Shown in pieces: positions 38,931-48,699 of a DNA stretch of 64,000 bases (positions within the stretch are counted from its first letter, which is position 1; the number at the start of each line of letters is the position of its first letter). A program made the translations under genes and the position numbers. The notes beneath the pieces were generated by a model. That model was not told the origin of the DNA, made no database searches, and saw only the letters and a list, made by a program, of their open reading frames with translations. Location: positions 768,001 through 832,000 of the forward strand of contig OZ240219.1 of the NCBI GenBank assembly GCA_965197645.1. Direction: 5' to 3'. This stretch comes from Dehalococcoidia bacterium. GTDB taxonomy: Bacteria > Chloroflexota > Dehalococcoidia > Plut-88900.

Positions 38931-39201
38931 AACGCGGGAGACCCGTCGGATGCAGTCTGGGGTGAGAGGGTGGTGTCTTCAAAGCCAACAAAATGAACAC
39001 TCTTTCCGGTATAATCGACCCTGTCAGGAACACCTCATCATAGAGGCCTATCTCGGGCGGGCTGGGAAACAAACAGGTAGGAAATCCTCGAAGCGGACGT
39101 TGCTCTGAGACGGCACGTTTTACTGGACGCCACCACACATCCGGGTTAGCGCCCTTAGGAGATGGTCGTCATAATCTCTAAGGGCATCCAGGGGTATAGA
39201 G

Positions 39202-39945
39202 ATGCCGAATGACACGATAACGTTCGAATTGGGCGGCCGGGTAGCGATACAAAAGTTCTGTGACGGCGTTGGGCATTTAAAGCGCCTCGTTGACGCATTA
39301 ACTCAAGGCCGGGGCGTAACTTGGGTTGTAGAAGACTTACAGGCCAGTAGCGCCATTACAACTTTGCGCGGCGAGGCGGAAGATGGTGGGCTCGTTGAGC
39401 AAATCGTGAGGGATTACGCTGAAGTGGGAAGCGCCCTTGAACGTCATGAAATCCCACAGGATAGCCCACAGATAACTCAAGCTGCTAGCGCTATCCAATC
39501 GTTTGCCGGATCTATTGATTATGTGCGGTTTGAGACCCCCGAGAACGATTACACGATTCTTGGCAATAGTACCGGGGCAGAGCATCAGCATCGCACTCTG
39601 CAGACTAGCATTGGAGCCGTGGTCGGTCGAGTACAAACGCTAAGCAACCGAGGAGGACTCCGGTTCAATTTGTACGACACCATTCACGATAAAGCGGTTT
39701 CGTGTTACCTCCAACAAGGACAGGAAGAGCTTATACGGGAAGTCTGGGGGAAAAGGGTCACTGTTAGCGGGACTGTATCTAGAGAAAGGCACCTAGGCCG
39801 CCCGGTAGCCATTCGTCACATTTTGAGCATTGACGTCTTAGAAGACATCGCCCAAGGGTCTTATCATCGTGCCAGGGGAGCGGTCTTGTGGCGAGAGGGC
39901 GATAAGATGCCTGAGGAAATTATCCGGCATTTGAGAGATGCCTAA
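39202..39945 (+). CDS. Hypothetical protein, partner of the PIN protein
   Basis: 247 aa ORF, lower GC than flanks, overlaps the PIN gene. Confidence 0.65.
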   Translation: MPNDTITFELGGRVAIQKFCDGVGHLKRLVDALTQGRGVTWVVEDLQASSAITTLRGEAEDGGLVEQIVRDYAEVGSALERHEIPQDSPQITQAASAIQSFAGSIDYVRFETPENDYTILGNSTGAEHQHRTLQTSIGAVVGRVQTLSNRGGLRFNLYDTIHDKAVSCYLQQGQEELIREVWGKRVTVSGTVSRERHLGRPVAIRHILSIDVLEDIAQGSYHRARGAVLWREGDKMPEEIIRHLRDA

Positions 39946-40447
39946 CAATCGCACCATCGTTTATTGGGATGCGTGTGTCCTTCTGTCGTATATCAACGGA
40001 ATTGCAGACCGCATGCCCATCTTAGATGCTCTGCTGGCAAGCAGTGCCAGCGATAATGGTGATATCAAACTGCACTCATCAGCCATAGCGAGAGTAGAGG
40101 TAGCTTTCGGTGTTGCTGAGAAAGAAAAGAAGGCTCTGGACCCGAAGGTAGAGCAGCAAATAGATGCCCTTTGGGCAGACCCGGCTGCTGTTGTTACAGT
40201 AGATTATCATGATGGGATAGGAACGATGGCGAGACGGCTAATCAGGGCTGCACTTACTAAGGGGTGGAGTCTGAAGCCAGCCGATGCTATTCACTTAGCC
40301 ACCGCCCAGTGGTTGGCAGAAGTTACTGGCCAAAAGGTTGAGTTTCATACTTACAGTAAAGACCTTCCACGATTCGCGACCCTAACTGATTACCAGATTA
40401 GCCAGCCGATTATCGCCCAACCACAGTTTGATTGGCCACCGGAGTAA
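39938..40447 (+). CDS. PIN domain (VapC-like) protein
   Basis: VYWDACVLL, E at the second motif, LKPADAIHLATA, TY..D. Confidence 0.8.
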   Translation: MPNNRTIVYWDACVLLSYINGIADRMPILDALLASSASDNGDIKLHSSAIARVEVAFGVAEKEKKALDPKVEQQIDALWADPAAVVTVDYHDGIGTMARRLIRAALTKGWSLKPADAIHLATAQWLAEVTGQKVEFHTYSKDLPRFATLTDYQISQPIIAQPQFDWPPE

Positions 40448-40599
40448 AGCTAAAGCTTCTCTCGCACGATTGTACTGTCTACCACGTAGTACCTCGGAAC
40501 AGGCGCAGTACCGATCACTTGGACGACTTACATCTGCTGTGTGGGCCAAGCGGCTTTTTATAGTACACTTCCACCACTGACCGTCGCAGGAGGAGTGGG

Positions 40600-41154
40600 A
40601 TGACCACCAAGCAACGAGCCACCTACAAGAGCTTCGCTGAGAGCACTGCCGAGGACTGGGCGGCACAGGCTGCCTTCTCCCAGCAGAACGCCGACCGCTT
40701 GACCGACTCCCTCCTGGACATGCTCGTACGGCTGAAGGACATAGACGAGGGTGGCCCGATCTCCACTTACGATCACTCCCTGCAGTCGGCTACCCGCGCC
40801 TACGAGGACGGCGCCGACGACGAGACCATCTTCATAGCCCTCCTCCACGACGTCAGCCAGGACATATCGGGAGAGAACCATTCCGAGGTAGCCGCCGCCA
40901 TGCTGCGCCCCTACATCTCCGATAAAGCCCACTGGATAGTGCAGCATCACGGCATATTCCAGGGCTATTACTTCTGGCACTACATGGGCAGGGACCGGAA
41001 CGCCCGGGATGCCTACCGAGACCACCCCTACTTCGACGCCTGCCTGGAGTGGTGCGACAAATACGACCAGAACGCCTTCGACCCGGACTACCCCTCAAAG
41101 CCCCTGGAGTTCTTCGAACCCCTGGTCCGTCGCATCATGTCCCGGAAGCGTTAG
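40600..41154 (+). CDS. HD-domain protein
   Basis: HSLQSATRA..ALLHD..NH..HHGIFQ..DQNAFDP. Confidence 0.85.
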   Translation: MTTKQRATYKSFAESTAEDWAAQAAFSQQNADRLTDSLLDMLVRLKDIDEGGPISTYDHSLQSATRAYEDGADDETIFIALLHDVSQDISGENHSEVAAAMLRPYISDKAHWIVQHHGIFQGYYFWHYMGRDRNARDAYRDHPYFDACLEWCDKYDQNAFDPDYPSKPLEFFEPLVRRIMSRKR

Positions 41155-41257
41155 GCTTTGGATCGGCTCCCCCAAAACAGACTCCATCCCCAGCTTCGGC
41201 GCCGGTCGGTTATTCCGGCAAGCTCCGCCTCGGACGGACGACGAGGAGTCCGCTGAT

Positions 41258-42463
41258 ATGAAGCTGGTCCTTACCAACGCCAACCTGATCGACTGCGTGT
41301 CTCCCCAAGCGGCGCAGGAATCTACCGTCATCATCGAAGAGGGCCGGATCGTGGAGATATCGGGCGGCGGCCCCCCCACGTCCGTCGATGGCGTACGAGT
41401 AATCGACCTGGAAGGCTCCTACCTGTTGCCCGGCCTTTGGGATGTCCAGGTGCAGTGGATCCGAATACACGGTACGACTGCCGCCCAGGAGTCGGTCCGG
41501 TTCGGGCATGCCGCCTCCCAGGCGCTGACCGAGGCCGGCGTGGTCGGTCTGCGTACCGGAGGTGTACCCCATTTCGTCGATGTCGCTTGGAGGGACGCCT
41601 TCAACTCGGGCCAGTTCGTAGGGCCTAGAATCTACGCCTGCGGCAACTACCTTACCACCACCGGGGGCCACGCCCTGGAGTCGGGCTTCGCCGTCGAGTG
41701 CGATGGCCCTTTCGATTGGGTAAACGCCATCCGGCATCAGATCAAGAACGGGGTAGACCAGATAAAGCTGGACCTGACGGGAGGCGTTCTGGGACCACCC
41801 TGGGACCGGCACTGGCACTCCTTCCTACTCGAAGAGGAGATGGAAGCCGCTTTCGCCATCTGCCGCCAGCGAGGCTACAGGGTCATGGCCCACGCCTCCA
41901 ATCCCGATGCCATCAATGCGGCCATCCGGCTGGGAGCCCGGTCGATCGAGCACGGCTACATACTGGACGAGGAGACCGTGAATGCGATGGTCCAGTCGGG
42001 CATCTACTACGTGCCCACCCTCGGTCTGACCCACATGACCGCGGACAAGGTGACGACCCCCTGGGAAACGCAGTGGCTGGACGAACACAGGTGGGCCCCG
42101 GAGATCGCCCAGCGTCTAGAAGCGGCGGCAGACGTGCACCGTCAATGGTTCCAGAGCGCCCTTGGTGCGGGGGTTAAGATGGCCACCGGCTCCAACCTGA
42201 CCCCGTTGAAGGAGGGCGTACTGCTGGAGCTGGGTGTCTGGGTGAAGAACGGCGCAACCGCCTGGCAGGCCCTGTTGGCGGCTACCAGGAACGCAGCGGA
42301 GCTGTGCGGAGCGGGTGAGGACCTGGGCACCGTGGAAGTAGGTAAGCTGGCCGACCTCATCGTCGTAGCCGGTAACCCGCTGGACGACATCAATAATCTG
42401 CGCTCACTTGAGATGGTGATCAAAGAGGGCAGTGTGGTAGCCGACCACCGAGGCCGTTCCTAG
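41258..42463 (+). CDS. Amidohydrolase_1 family protein with altered metal ligands
   Basis: IDLEG.YLLPGLWD(VQVQ), GGH, QIK, MAHA, IEHG, GTVEVGKLADL. Confidence 0.85.
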   Translation: MKLVLTNANLIDCVSPQAAQESTVIIEEGRIVEISGGGPPTSVDGVRVIDLEGSYLLPGLWDVQVQWIRIHGTTAAQESVRFGHAASQALTEAGVVGLRTGGVPHFVDVAWRDAFNSGQFVGPRIYACGNYLTTTGGHALESGFAVECDGPFDWVNAIRHQIKNGVDQIKLDLTGGVLGPPWDRHWHSFLLEEEMEAAFAICRQRGYRVMAHASNPDAINAAIRLGARSIEHGYILDEETVNAMVQSGIYYVPTLGLTHMTADKVTTPWETQWLDEHRWAPEIAQRLEAAADVHRQWFQSALGAGVKMATGSNLTPLKEGVLLELGVWVKNGATAWQALLAATRNAAELCGAGEDLGTVEVGKLADLIVVAGNPLDDINNLRSLEMVIKEGSVVADHRGRS

Positions 42464-42543
42464 GACTCCGCTCCGTTTCCTTGTTCCCTCTTTACCTCTT
42501 ATGATAAGATTCCCCTTACCGCGCAAATCGTCAGGGGGTGTGC

Positions 42544-43578
42544 ATGACCAGTTCGTCATCGTTCGAAGTGCCCGATTCCGTCGAAGCCATTGAGTTCTAC
42601 TATCGCGAGGGCTTGACCGACGGACTTCCCGTGGTGCCTCCAACCCCCGAGAGAGTTGCCGAGTTTCTGAGCTACGTCAGAAAGGAACCTGGTGACGTCA
42701 TCGGCTCGGTGCCGGCCCGCCATAGAGTGATCACCGCCGATAAGATCGCCATCAACGCCATCATGGCCGGGTGCCTTCCCGAGTACATGCCTGTCCTGGT
42801 CACCGCCATCGAGGCCATGTCCGACGAGAGCTTCAATCTACACGGCACCTCCGCCAGTACTGCGGGCACGGGGCACATGGTCATAGTCCATGGGCCTATC
42901 TCCCGGGAACTGGACATCAATCACGCCAACAATCTGTTCGGGCCTACAAAGCGCTCCAACGCTACCATCGGGCGGGCGCTGCGCCTCATAATCATGAACG
43001 TAATCGGTTCCATCCCGGGGGTGCTGGACAAATCGACCTTCGGGCACCCGGGCAAGTACTCCTACTGCATAGCCGAGGACGAAGAACTGAGCCCCTGGGA
43101 GCCGTTGCACGTCGAGCGGGGGCTGCCCCTGGAGGCCAGCGCCGTCACTGTGTGGGCCGCCAATGCACCCCACCAGTTCGATGACCACGGGCACAACCAT
43201 GTGGAAGACATCTTGACCACTGTGGCCACCTCCATGCTGGGCCAGGCGTATCCCGGCGGCCCCGAGCACATGGTGATCCTCAGCCCCGAGCTCGTCGGTA
43301 ACATCCGTGAGTCGGGCTGGACCAAGCGGCAGGTCAAGGAGTTCCTCTACGAGAAGTCCAAGCGGCCCGCCTCCTTCTGGGCCGATCTTCGAGGCGACGG
43401 CAGCATCTTTAGCAGCGAGGGACCGGTGTCGGAGGGCGAAGAGATACCCGCCGTCGCAAGTCCGGACGGCATCATGGTACTGGTGGCCGGCGGCAGCGCC
43501 GGGGCCTTCTTCTGCAGCATCATCCCCTGGGGCGCCGGGTTCGGCACCAGGTCAGTAACCAGACAGATAACCGTCTAA
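42544..43578 (+). CDS. Uncharacterised UGSC-associated protein (paralog 1)
   Basis: TDGLPVVPPT.ERV, AINAIMAGC.PEY, NATIGRALRL, G.PGKY...AE; directly upstream of UGSC gene 1. Confidence 0.8.
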   Translation: MTSSSSFEVPDSVEAIEFYYREGLTDGLPVVPPTPERVAEFLSYVRKEPGDVIGSVPARHRVITADKIAINAIMAGCLPEYMPVLVTAIEAMSDESFNLHGTSASTAGTGHMVIVHGPISRELDINHANNLFGPTKRSNATIGRALRLIIMNVIGSIPGVLDKSTFGHPGKYSYCIAEDEELSPWEPLHVERGLPLEASAVTVWAANAPHQFDDHGHNHVEDILTTVATSMLGQAYPGGPEHMVILSPELVGNIRESGWTKRQVKEFLYEKSKRPASFWADLRGDGSIFSSEGPVSEGEEIPAVASPDGIMVLVAGGSAGAFFCSIIPWGAGFGTRSVTRQITV

Positions 43579-43615
43579 CTTAATCAACCAGGGATCCAAG
43601 GAAAGGAGCAAACAG

Positions 43616-44164
43616 ATGGTAGTAGAGACAAGAGCCCCGTCCATCACCGTGATGGACCCCAGGGCCGAGCCCGTTCCTACCGAGGCCTCGATGGCCGCCA
43701 GGCCTGAGACCCTCCACGGCAAGGTGTTGGGCCTCCTGGACAACAGCAAGAACAACGCCAACGAGCTGGCAAAGGCGATCGGCGACCTGCTCCAAGAGCG
43801 GTTTGAGATCAAGGAGATCAAGGTTGCCACCAAGCCCGACGCCTCCAGGCCGGCCCCCGCCGAAATCATGGAGGACCTGGCCAACGGTGTCGACTTTGCC
43901 GTCGTCGCAGTCGGGGACTGAGGGTCCTGCAGTCAGTGCAGTTTGCACGACGGAATCGAGCTGGAAAAGCGGGGCGTGCCCGCAGCGGTGATCATCACCA
44001 GCGAGTTTATCGTTCCCGCCAAGGCCACGGCCAAGTCCCAAGGCATACCCGACTACCCCTTCGCCATTGTGCCCCATCCCATAGGCAGCCTCACCGATGA
44101 GGGCCTCAAAGAACGGGCCAGCGAGGCGCTTCCCCAGGTCCTGAGCATTCTGGACCAGAAGTAG
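43616..44164 (+). CDS. UGSC-family selenoprotein 1 (U102-G-S-C-x-x-C)
   Basis: VAVGD-TGA-GSCSQCSLHDGIELEKRGVP; ORFs 43616-43921 and 43943-44164 are in one frame. Confidence 0.9.
43932..43951 (+). promoter_or_regulatory. SECIS-like hairpin of UGSC 1
   Basis: GTC-A-GTGCA-GTT-TGCAC-GAC, loop G 20 nt after UGA. Confidence 0.65.
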
Positions 44165-44377
44165 TACATCGCTGCTGCAACCTGGGAGGGGACAAGAGAC
44201 CTCTCTACAGACGTCTCATCCCCGGGACGCTGACGTATCGAAACAGGCTCTTCGCAGGGCGGGACGGCCTTTGAGTCGCCTCGTCCTGCGAAGTTGAGCC
44301 TTAGTGCCCTTGACCTCAGGGGGCTCATTCACCCTGAGTGAGCAGTGTTCGCTCCACCGTGGTTCGTTATGGTTACC

Positions 44378-44414
44378 CTTGACGTTAGTAACCCAATGCA
44401 TTACTATCGTCAAG
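44378..44414 (+). promoter_or_regulatory. higBA promoter overlapped by a palindromic operator
   Basis: TTGACG-N17-TACTAT inside the inverted repeat CTTGACG.TAGTAA..TTACTA.CGTCAAG. Confidence 0.75.
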
Positions 44415-44415
44415 A

Positions 44416-44694
44416 GTGGATCGATTTAGAAATGGCGACACCGAACGCCTCTTTGCTGGACAGTCGGTCCGGCGACTTCCAGTCGACATCCAGCGCCAGG
44501 CACGAGTAAGACTGCAGCGAGTAGTGGCGGCCGTAGCGCTCACAGACCTTCGGCTGCCGCCGTCGCACCGACTCGAAGCTCTGCGGGGAGACCGGGAGGG
44601 CCAGCACAGCATCCGAGTCAATGACCAGTGGCGGGTGTGCTTTGTCTGGACAGGCCGGGGCGTTATGGAGGTCGAAGTCGTCGACTACCACTGA
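44416..44694 (+). CDS. higB: HigB (RelE-like) toxin
   Basis: DLRLPPSHRLEALRGDREGQHSIRVNDQWRVCF..EVVDYH. Confidence 0.92.
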   Translation: MDRFRNGDTERLFAGQSVRRLPVDIQRQARVRLQRVVAAVALTDLRLPPSHRLEALRGDREGQHSIRVNDQWRVCFVWTGRGVMEVEVVDYH

Positions 44695-44705
44695 GGAGGA
44701 AGCTG

Positions 44706-44990
44706 ATGACAGCCCCTGAACCCATACACCCGGGAGAGCACCTGGCGGAGATCATGGAGGAGTTGGGCATCACCCAATACAGATTGGCCAAGACGATAGG
44801 GGTGCCCCAGATACGCATCCACGACATCGTTCACCGCCGCAGATCCATCACTGCGGACACGGCGCTGCGTATCGGGCGAGCCCTGAGTATGACGCCCGAC
44901 TTCTGGTTGAACCTCCAGCGGATGTATGATCTGGATGTGGCTCGGGCCAAGACCGACGTGAGCGCCATCGAGCCGCTTGTCAAAACGTAA
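44706..44990 (+). CDS. higA: HigA antitoxin (HTH)
   Basis: PIHPGE.L, ITADTALR, FWLNLQ..YDL. Confidence 0.92.
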   Translation: MTAPEPIHPGEHLAEIMEELGITQYRLAKTIGVPQIRIHDIVHRRRSITADTALRIGRALSMTPDFWLNLQRMYDLDVARAKTDVSAIEPLVKT

Positions 44991-45013
44991 GGCTGAGTGT
45001 AGCGGCCGGAGGG

Positions 45014-45049
45014 TTGAAGCGTTCCTGCCTCTACAAGGTCTGGGAGGCC
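45014..45049 (+). repeat. 36-bp direct repeat, left copy
   Basis: TTGAAGCGTTCCTGCCTCTACAAGGTCTGGGAGGCC; 33/36 identical to 48657-48692. Confidence 0.8.
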
Positions 45050-45052
45050 TTC

Positions 45053-45931
45053 CTATTGACTATCGGCATTTTTTGCCTGTGAGGAAGGGTCCTTGGCTTC
45101 TGACGTCATCTCGTACTTGCGGGGTTTCGTTCTCAGCTGTTTGACTCCCCTCTCTTTGAGGATGGGCCAGAGCTTGTTGGCGAACTCCATCCCGAATTTT
45201 GGCCCCTGCATGCTCGCGATTCGATGATCAGGCCACCGCGATTTGACGATCCGGTGGCAGTCCACGCTTCTGAAAGGGCCGACTGGAATCTGTTGGACGA
45301 TAAGATCCGCCATTTCATCCCGCAGCTTGGAATCGTCCTCGTGCTCATTACTGGCGACAGAAGGACGAGTGGAAGCAGCTGGCATTTGCACTTCATGGAT
45401 GTGGTCGTTGGGGAAGAAGTTCGCGATGGTTGATGCCTTTGTCGTGGTACGATCGGTCATCACCCACAGGAAAGGGACTCTCGTTCCTCCCAGGTCCTTC
45501 AGCTTGGCGTAGAGTGGCATGAAATCGCTGTCGTCGCTCATCACGGCGACAAACTGGGTGGTCCCCGTCACGAAGTCCGCCACCGCGTCGATGGCGATAG
45601 CTATATCCGCCGAATTCTTGGATAGCGTTCTGGTGAAGTGCTGTATTCCTTTGACCGTTACGGTCAGGTGCGGAAAGTGGCTGCTGGCCCACACGTCCCA
45701 AAGCGAAACCCGGTCAGCGTGAACGTACAGGTTCAGCAGGGACAAGGGTGGAGTGTCCTCCGGCCACTGCCTTACAACGGTCTCAACTAGGAGTTGGGCG
45801 CTGCTTTGGAGATTCTCGGTGTCGACGTACAACGCCGTCCCGTGGGACTGGGATTTCATCTTGACATCGAGGGATGGAACTCCCGGCCGTCTGGCCTTTA
45901 TGCGTTTACGAAACTGCTTAAACATCGTCAT
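45053..45931 (-). CDS. NYN domain (LabA/DUF88) protein with C-terminal extension
   Basis: LYVDTEN, KNSADIAIAIDA, SDDSDF.PL. Confidence 0.85.
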   Translation of the reverse strand: MTMFKQFRKRIKARRPGVPSLDVKMKSQSHGTALYVDTENLQSSAQLLVETVVRQWPEDTPPLSLLNLYVHADRVSLWDVWASSHFPHLTVTVKGIQHFTRTLSKNSADIAIAIDAVADFVTGTTQFVAVMSDDSDFMPLYAKLKDLGGTRVPFLWVMTDRTTTKASTIANFFPNDHIHEVQMPAASTRPSVASNEHEDDSKLRDEMADLIVQQIPVGPFRSVDCHRIVKSRWPDHRIASMQGPKFGMEFANKLWPILKERGVKQLRTKPRKYEMTSEAKDPSSQAKNADSQ

Positions 45932-46529
45932 CCTCCTGTGGAGCTAAAGAGCGGGGCCACGGCTTCCAGTCCAACTCCAGCCGGCGACGACCGCCTGACA
46001 ACTCGCGGGATCGCTGACCGTTAACACGAGACTCGCCTCTTGAGAATCTCCCGTCAGGCCACCGGAACTCGTGTTGTATCCAACCGGACCCCATAAGCGA
46101 TGCAACAGGGCGGCGAATCGCCTCCCGAAACCTCCCGGCGGTTACGTTGTCGACCATCTCGGTGAGCCGTTCGATCTCGCCTTCGGCTGACTCATCGCAT
46201 GCGTCACAGCCACAGTCCGGAAACGGCTCGATGTGCCACCGCCCAAATCGGACATGAACGCCGGGAAAGGTCGAGAACGCCACTGCGATAGGTGCGGTGT
46301 CGGGATTCCTCGGGTTGAGTCCGACACTGGGACTGGCAAGCTCCTGACCCCTCTCGAGCTTCTCGTCAAGACCATACCCATCCTTACGCTCCACTTCGAA
46401 GTCGCTTTCCAGCCGGCTGATAATCTCCAGCATGGCCGTGTGCAACGGCCGGAAACGCTCGGCGTTGGTCACGCGGCTGTATGCCTCTGGAGGCGGTCCC
46501 TCAGGCCCCCATCTACCACGTTCAGACAT
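45918..46529 (-). CDS. DUF6226-like hypothetical protein
   Basis: WG..GPP.EAYSRVTN.ERF.PLH, FPDCGCDACDE. Confidence 0.7.
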   Translation of the reverse strand: MSERGRWGPEGPPPEAYSRVTNAERFRPLHTAMLEIISRLESDFEVERKDGYGLDEKLERGQELASPSVGLNPRNPDTAPIAVAFSTFPGVHVRFGRWHIEPFPDCGCDACDESAEGEIERLTEMVDNVTAGRFREAIRRPVASLMGSGWIQHEFRWPDGRFSRGESRVNGQRSRELSGGRRRLELDWKPWPRSLAPQEDDDV

Positions 46530-46739
46530 CCCTCAACGTTCCTTCCATAGGAGAATCCAGAGCATTATTATGAACAAATCGGGCGAGGTTTGGAAGAAGG
46601 TGGCTGTGGAATCGGTATAAATGCTCAATCAGGCGCCGGCTATGCTCTGGCTATGTGAGCCACTGTGCAGTCGGAGGAGTTTCCCCTACCTGCCCCCCAT
46701 CAGCTCGACGCTGTCGAAGCCTGTCGCACTTACGGCCAC

Positions 46740-48461
46740 CTAGAACAGCCCTTCCAGGTTGTCTAGCAGGTTCCGCCACCACCCCCGGCTCGATCCATGA
46801 TTCGGTATGAAATGGACATCGTGCGTACCGTCCTCCTCCACTTTGAGCCAGCCGGCCAGGGTCACCACGCGGCCAAGGGGGATTGCTTCAAGGACCTCCG
46901 ACGGGTCGCGCACGGTCACCCGCTGCACGTAATCCCCACGGTCAGTCTCCAGCACCAGCGTGGCGACGTCTTTGAACACCAGCGTGCCCCTGACCCTCAC
47001 GCACTCATCGCGGAACAGGTCGCCGGCCGACGCGATCTGCGCGGGCGTCGGGATCACGGGAGAGTCCAAGGAACACGGCTTGACGCGCGGTGAGACCACG
47101 TCGAGGCTGAACAGGACGACCAAGACCAGCGCCCCTATGCCCACCAGGCTTACCACCCATATGAAGCATTTGCGGAGGCGCCCGCCGCCTTTCGGCTCCT
47201 CAACCGTCCCCTCCAACCTGTACGTCTGATACCCCTCCGATGGCGGTCCAGGAGCAGTTTCCAGAGCACTGCTCTGTAAATCCGGCTCACTCTCTATGTC
47301 CTGGATTTCGTCGGCGGTCCCGCGGTGCACAGTCTTCCCGGCATCCGTCGAATCGAAATCGAGTGCCTCGAGATCCACTTCAGAGCCCCACTGCGCAGCC
47401 GCCTTCTCTGGATCTTCCCACCGTCCGGTCAGCCACCACTCCATCGCGTGCAGGAAGGCGTGATAGGCCGCGTCCAGGTCGGCGCCTTGTAGGGAGGATT
47501 CCCTGCCGGCTCCGAACCACGGCGGGGCCGGGGCCGAAACGTCGAGCCACGGCTGGGCCACATTGAACGCGACAGCGTAGGCCAGCATGGGATCCGATTG
47601 GTCCCGGGCGCCCATCGGCCCAGGTCCGGCCAGGGTCTCTTTCAAACCGAGCCACTGACCTATCTCAACTGCCCCCGCCTGCGTCGGCTTCAGCATGCCC
47701 GTCCGTACTTCAAGGGCCGGATCGGTCCACAAGAGAAATGTATATGCGAGGCAGACGAAGGCGCCGATCAGGGCGCTCGCCCACCACTGGTCCAGCCATA
47801 GAGCCGCCCAGAACCCGCCGCCAACGCCCATCAATACGCAGGCCAAAAGGTCCCAAGGGGTCTCGTCGTTGGAATTCTCCCTCCTGACCCGCACGGGATT
47901 GTCATGGAAAAGGCCGCGCTGCTGCAGGTAGGCACCTATCTGGTCGCCGATGGCGTCCTCGCGCTTCTTTATCGCTTCATGGAGTGCATCAACCGTTGTG
48001 GGACTCGACGGCAGGCTGTTGCATATCGTTCGCTCCCAGTCATACTGTGTGGGCTCCTGCCGAGACAGCCGGTACAGGAAGCCGACCCTTGTTCCGACGG
48101 CCTCGATTCGCAACGTGCCGCGCTGGCACATCTCGATGATGGAGGCCAGCAAAGTCGGGCTCCATGTCATGTGGCCTTCCAGGGTAGATACCGCCGCCGC
48201 GGGCATCGACCCGGGCCGCGGGGTCCCTGAGGGCCACGCCTCCGTTGCCTTCGGGGGCCGGTGCTTGGGCCACAGCCACAGCGCTATGATGAGCAGCTGC
48301 GCTACGACTACGCCTATCGTGCGGAAGCCCCAGGCCGTCAGCTGCACCAGGTCCATCTCCCGGAAGTTGGGAAAGCCACTCTCGGCAATTGCTCCGCCTG
48401 GGTCCATCGCGAACAGCAAGCCAATGGCGGCAAGGGCCGCCAGCACCTTCAGCACACTCAC
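46740..48461 (-). CDS. Membrane protein, DUF2207-like
   Basis: PAAAV..L, LASII.M..RG.LRI, LAYAVAF; several TM segments. Confidence 0.6.
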   Translation of the reverse strand: MSVLKVLAALAAIGLLFAMDPGGAIAESGFPNFREMDLVQLTAWGFRTIGVVVAQLLIIALWLWPKHRPPKATEAWPSGTPRPGSMPAAAVSTLEGHMTWSPTLLASIIEMCQRGTLRIEAVGTRVGFLYRLSRQEPTQYDWERTICNSLPSSPTTVDALHEAIKKREDAIGDQIGAYLQQRGLFHDNPVRVRRENSNDETPWDLLACVLMGVGGGFWAALWLDQWWASALIGAFVCLAYTFLLWTDPALEVRTGMLKPTQAGAVEIGQWLGLKETLAGPGPMGARDQSDPMLAYAVAFNVAQPWLDVSAPAPPWFGAGRESSLQGADLDAAYHAFLHAMEWWLTGRWEDPEKAAAQWGSEVDLEALDFDSTDAGKTVHRGTADEIQDIESEPDLQSSALETAPGPPSEGYQTYRLEGTVEEPKGGGRLRKCFIWVVSLVGIGALVLVVLFSLDVVSPRVKPCSLDSPVIPTPAQIASAGDLFRDECVRVRGTLVFKDVATLVLETDRGDYVQRVTVRDPSEVLEAIPLGRVVTLAGWLKVEEDGTHDVHFIPNHGSSRGWWRNLLDNLEGLF

Positions 48462-48656
48462 AATGGCTTACCTTCCTTCTCGGGTCGCACTGCCGACTTG
48501 ACTCCGCCGGACAACCGCCCTTCACACCACTATCGGAGAATGACTGTCGCCGGGTGGTACCCTCGCCCAGCCACCTCGGAGGTGGCCCCTGGGGGCGTAG
48601 GACGGCGCTGAGACAGACCTCTCGGAGCGCCGAAGTGTCGCGCAACGGGTAGGCGT

Positions 48657-48692
48657 TTGAAGTGTTCCTGCCTCTACAAGGTCTACGAGGCC
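48657..48692 (+). repeat. 36-bp direct repeat, right copy
   Basis: TTGAAGTGTTCCTGCCTCTACAAGGTCTACGAGGCC. Confidence 0.8.
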
Positions 48693-48699
48693 ATAGCGT

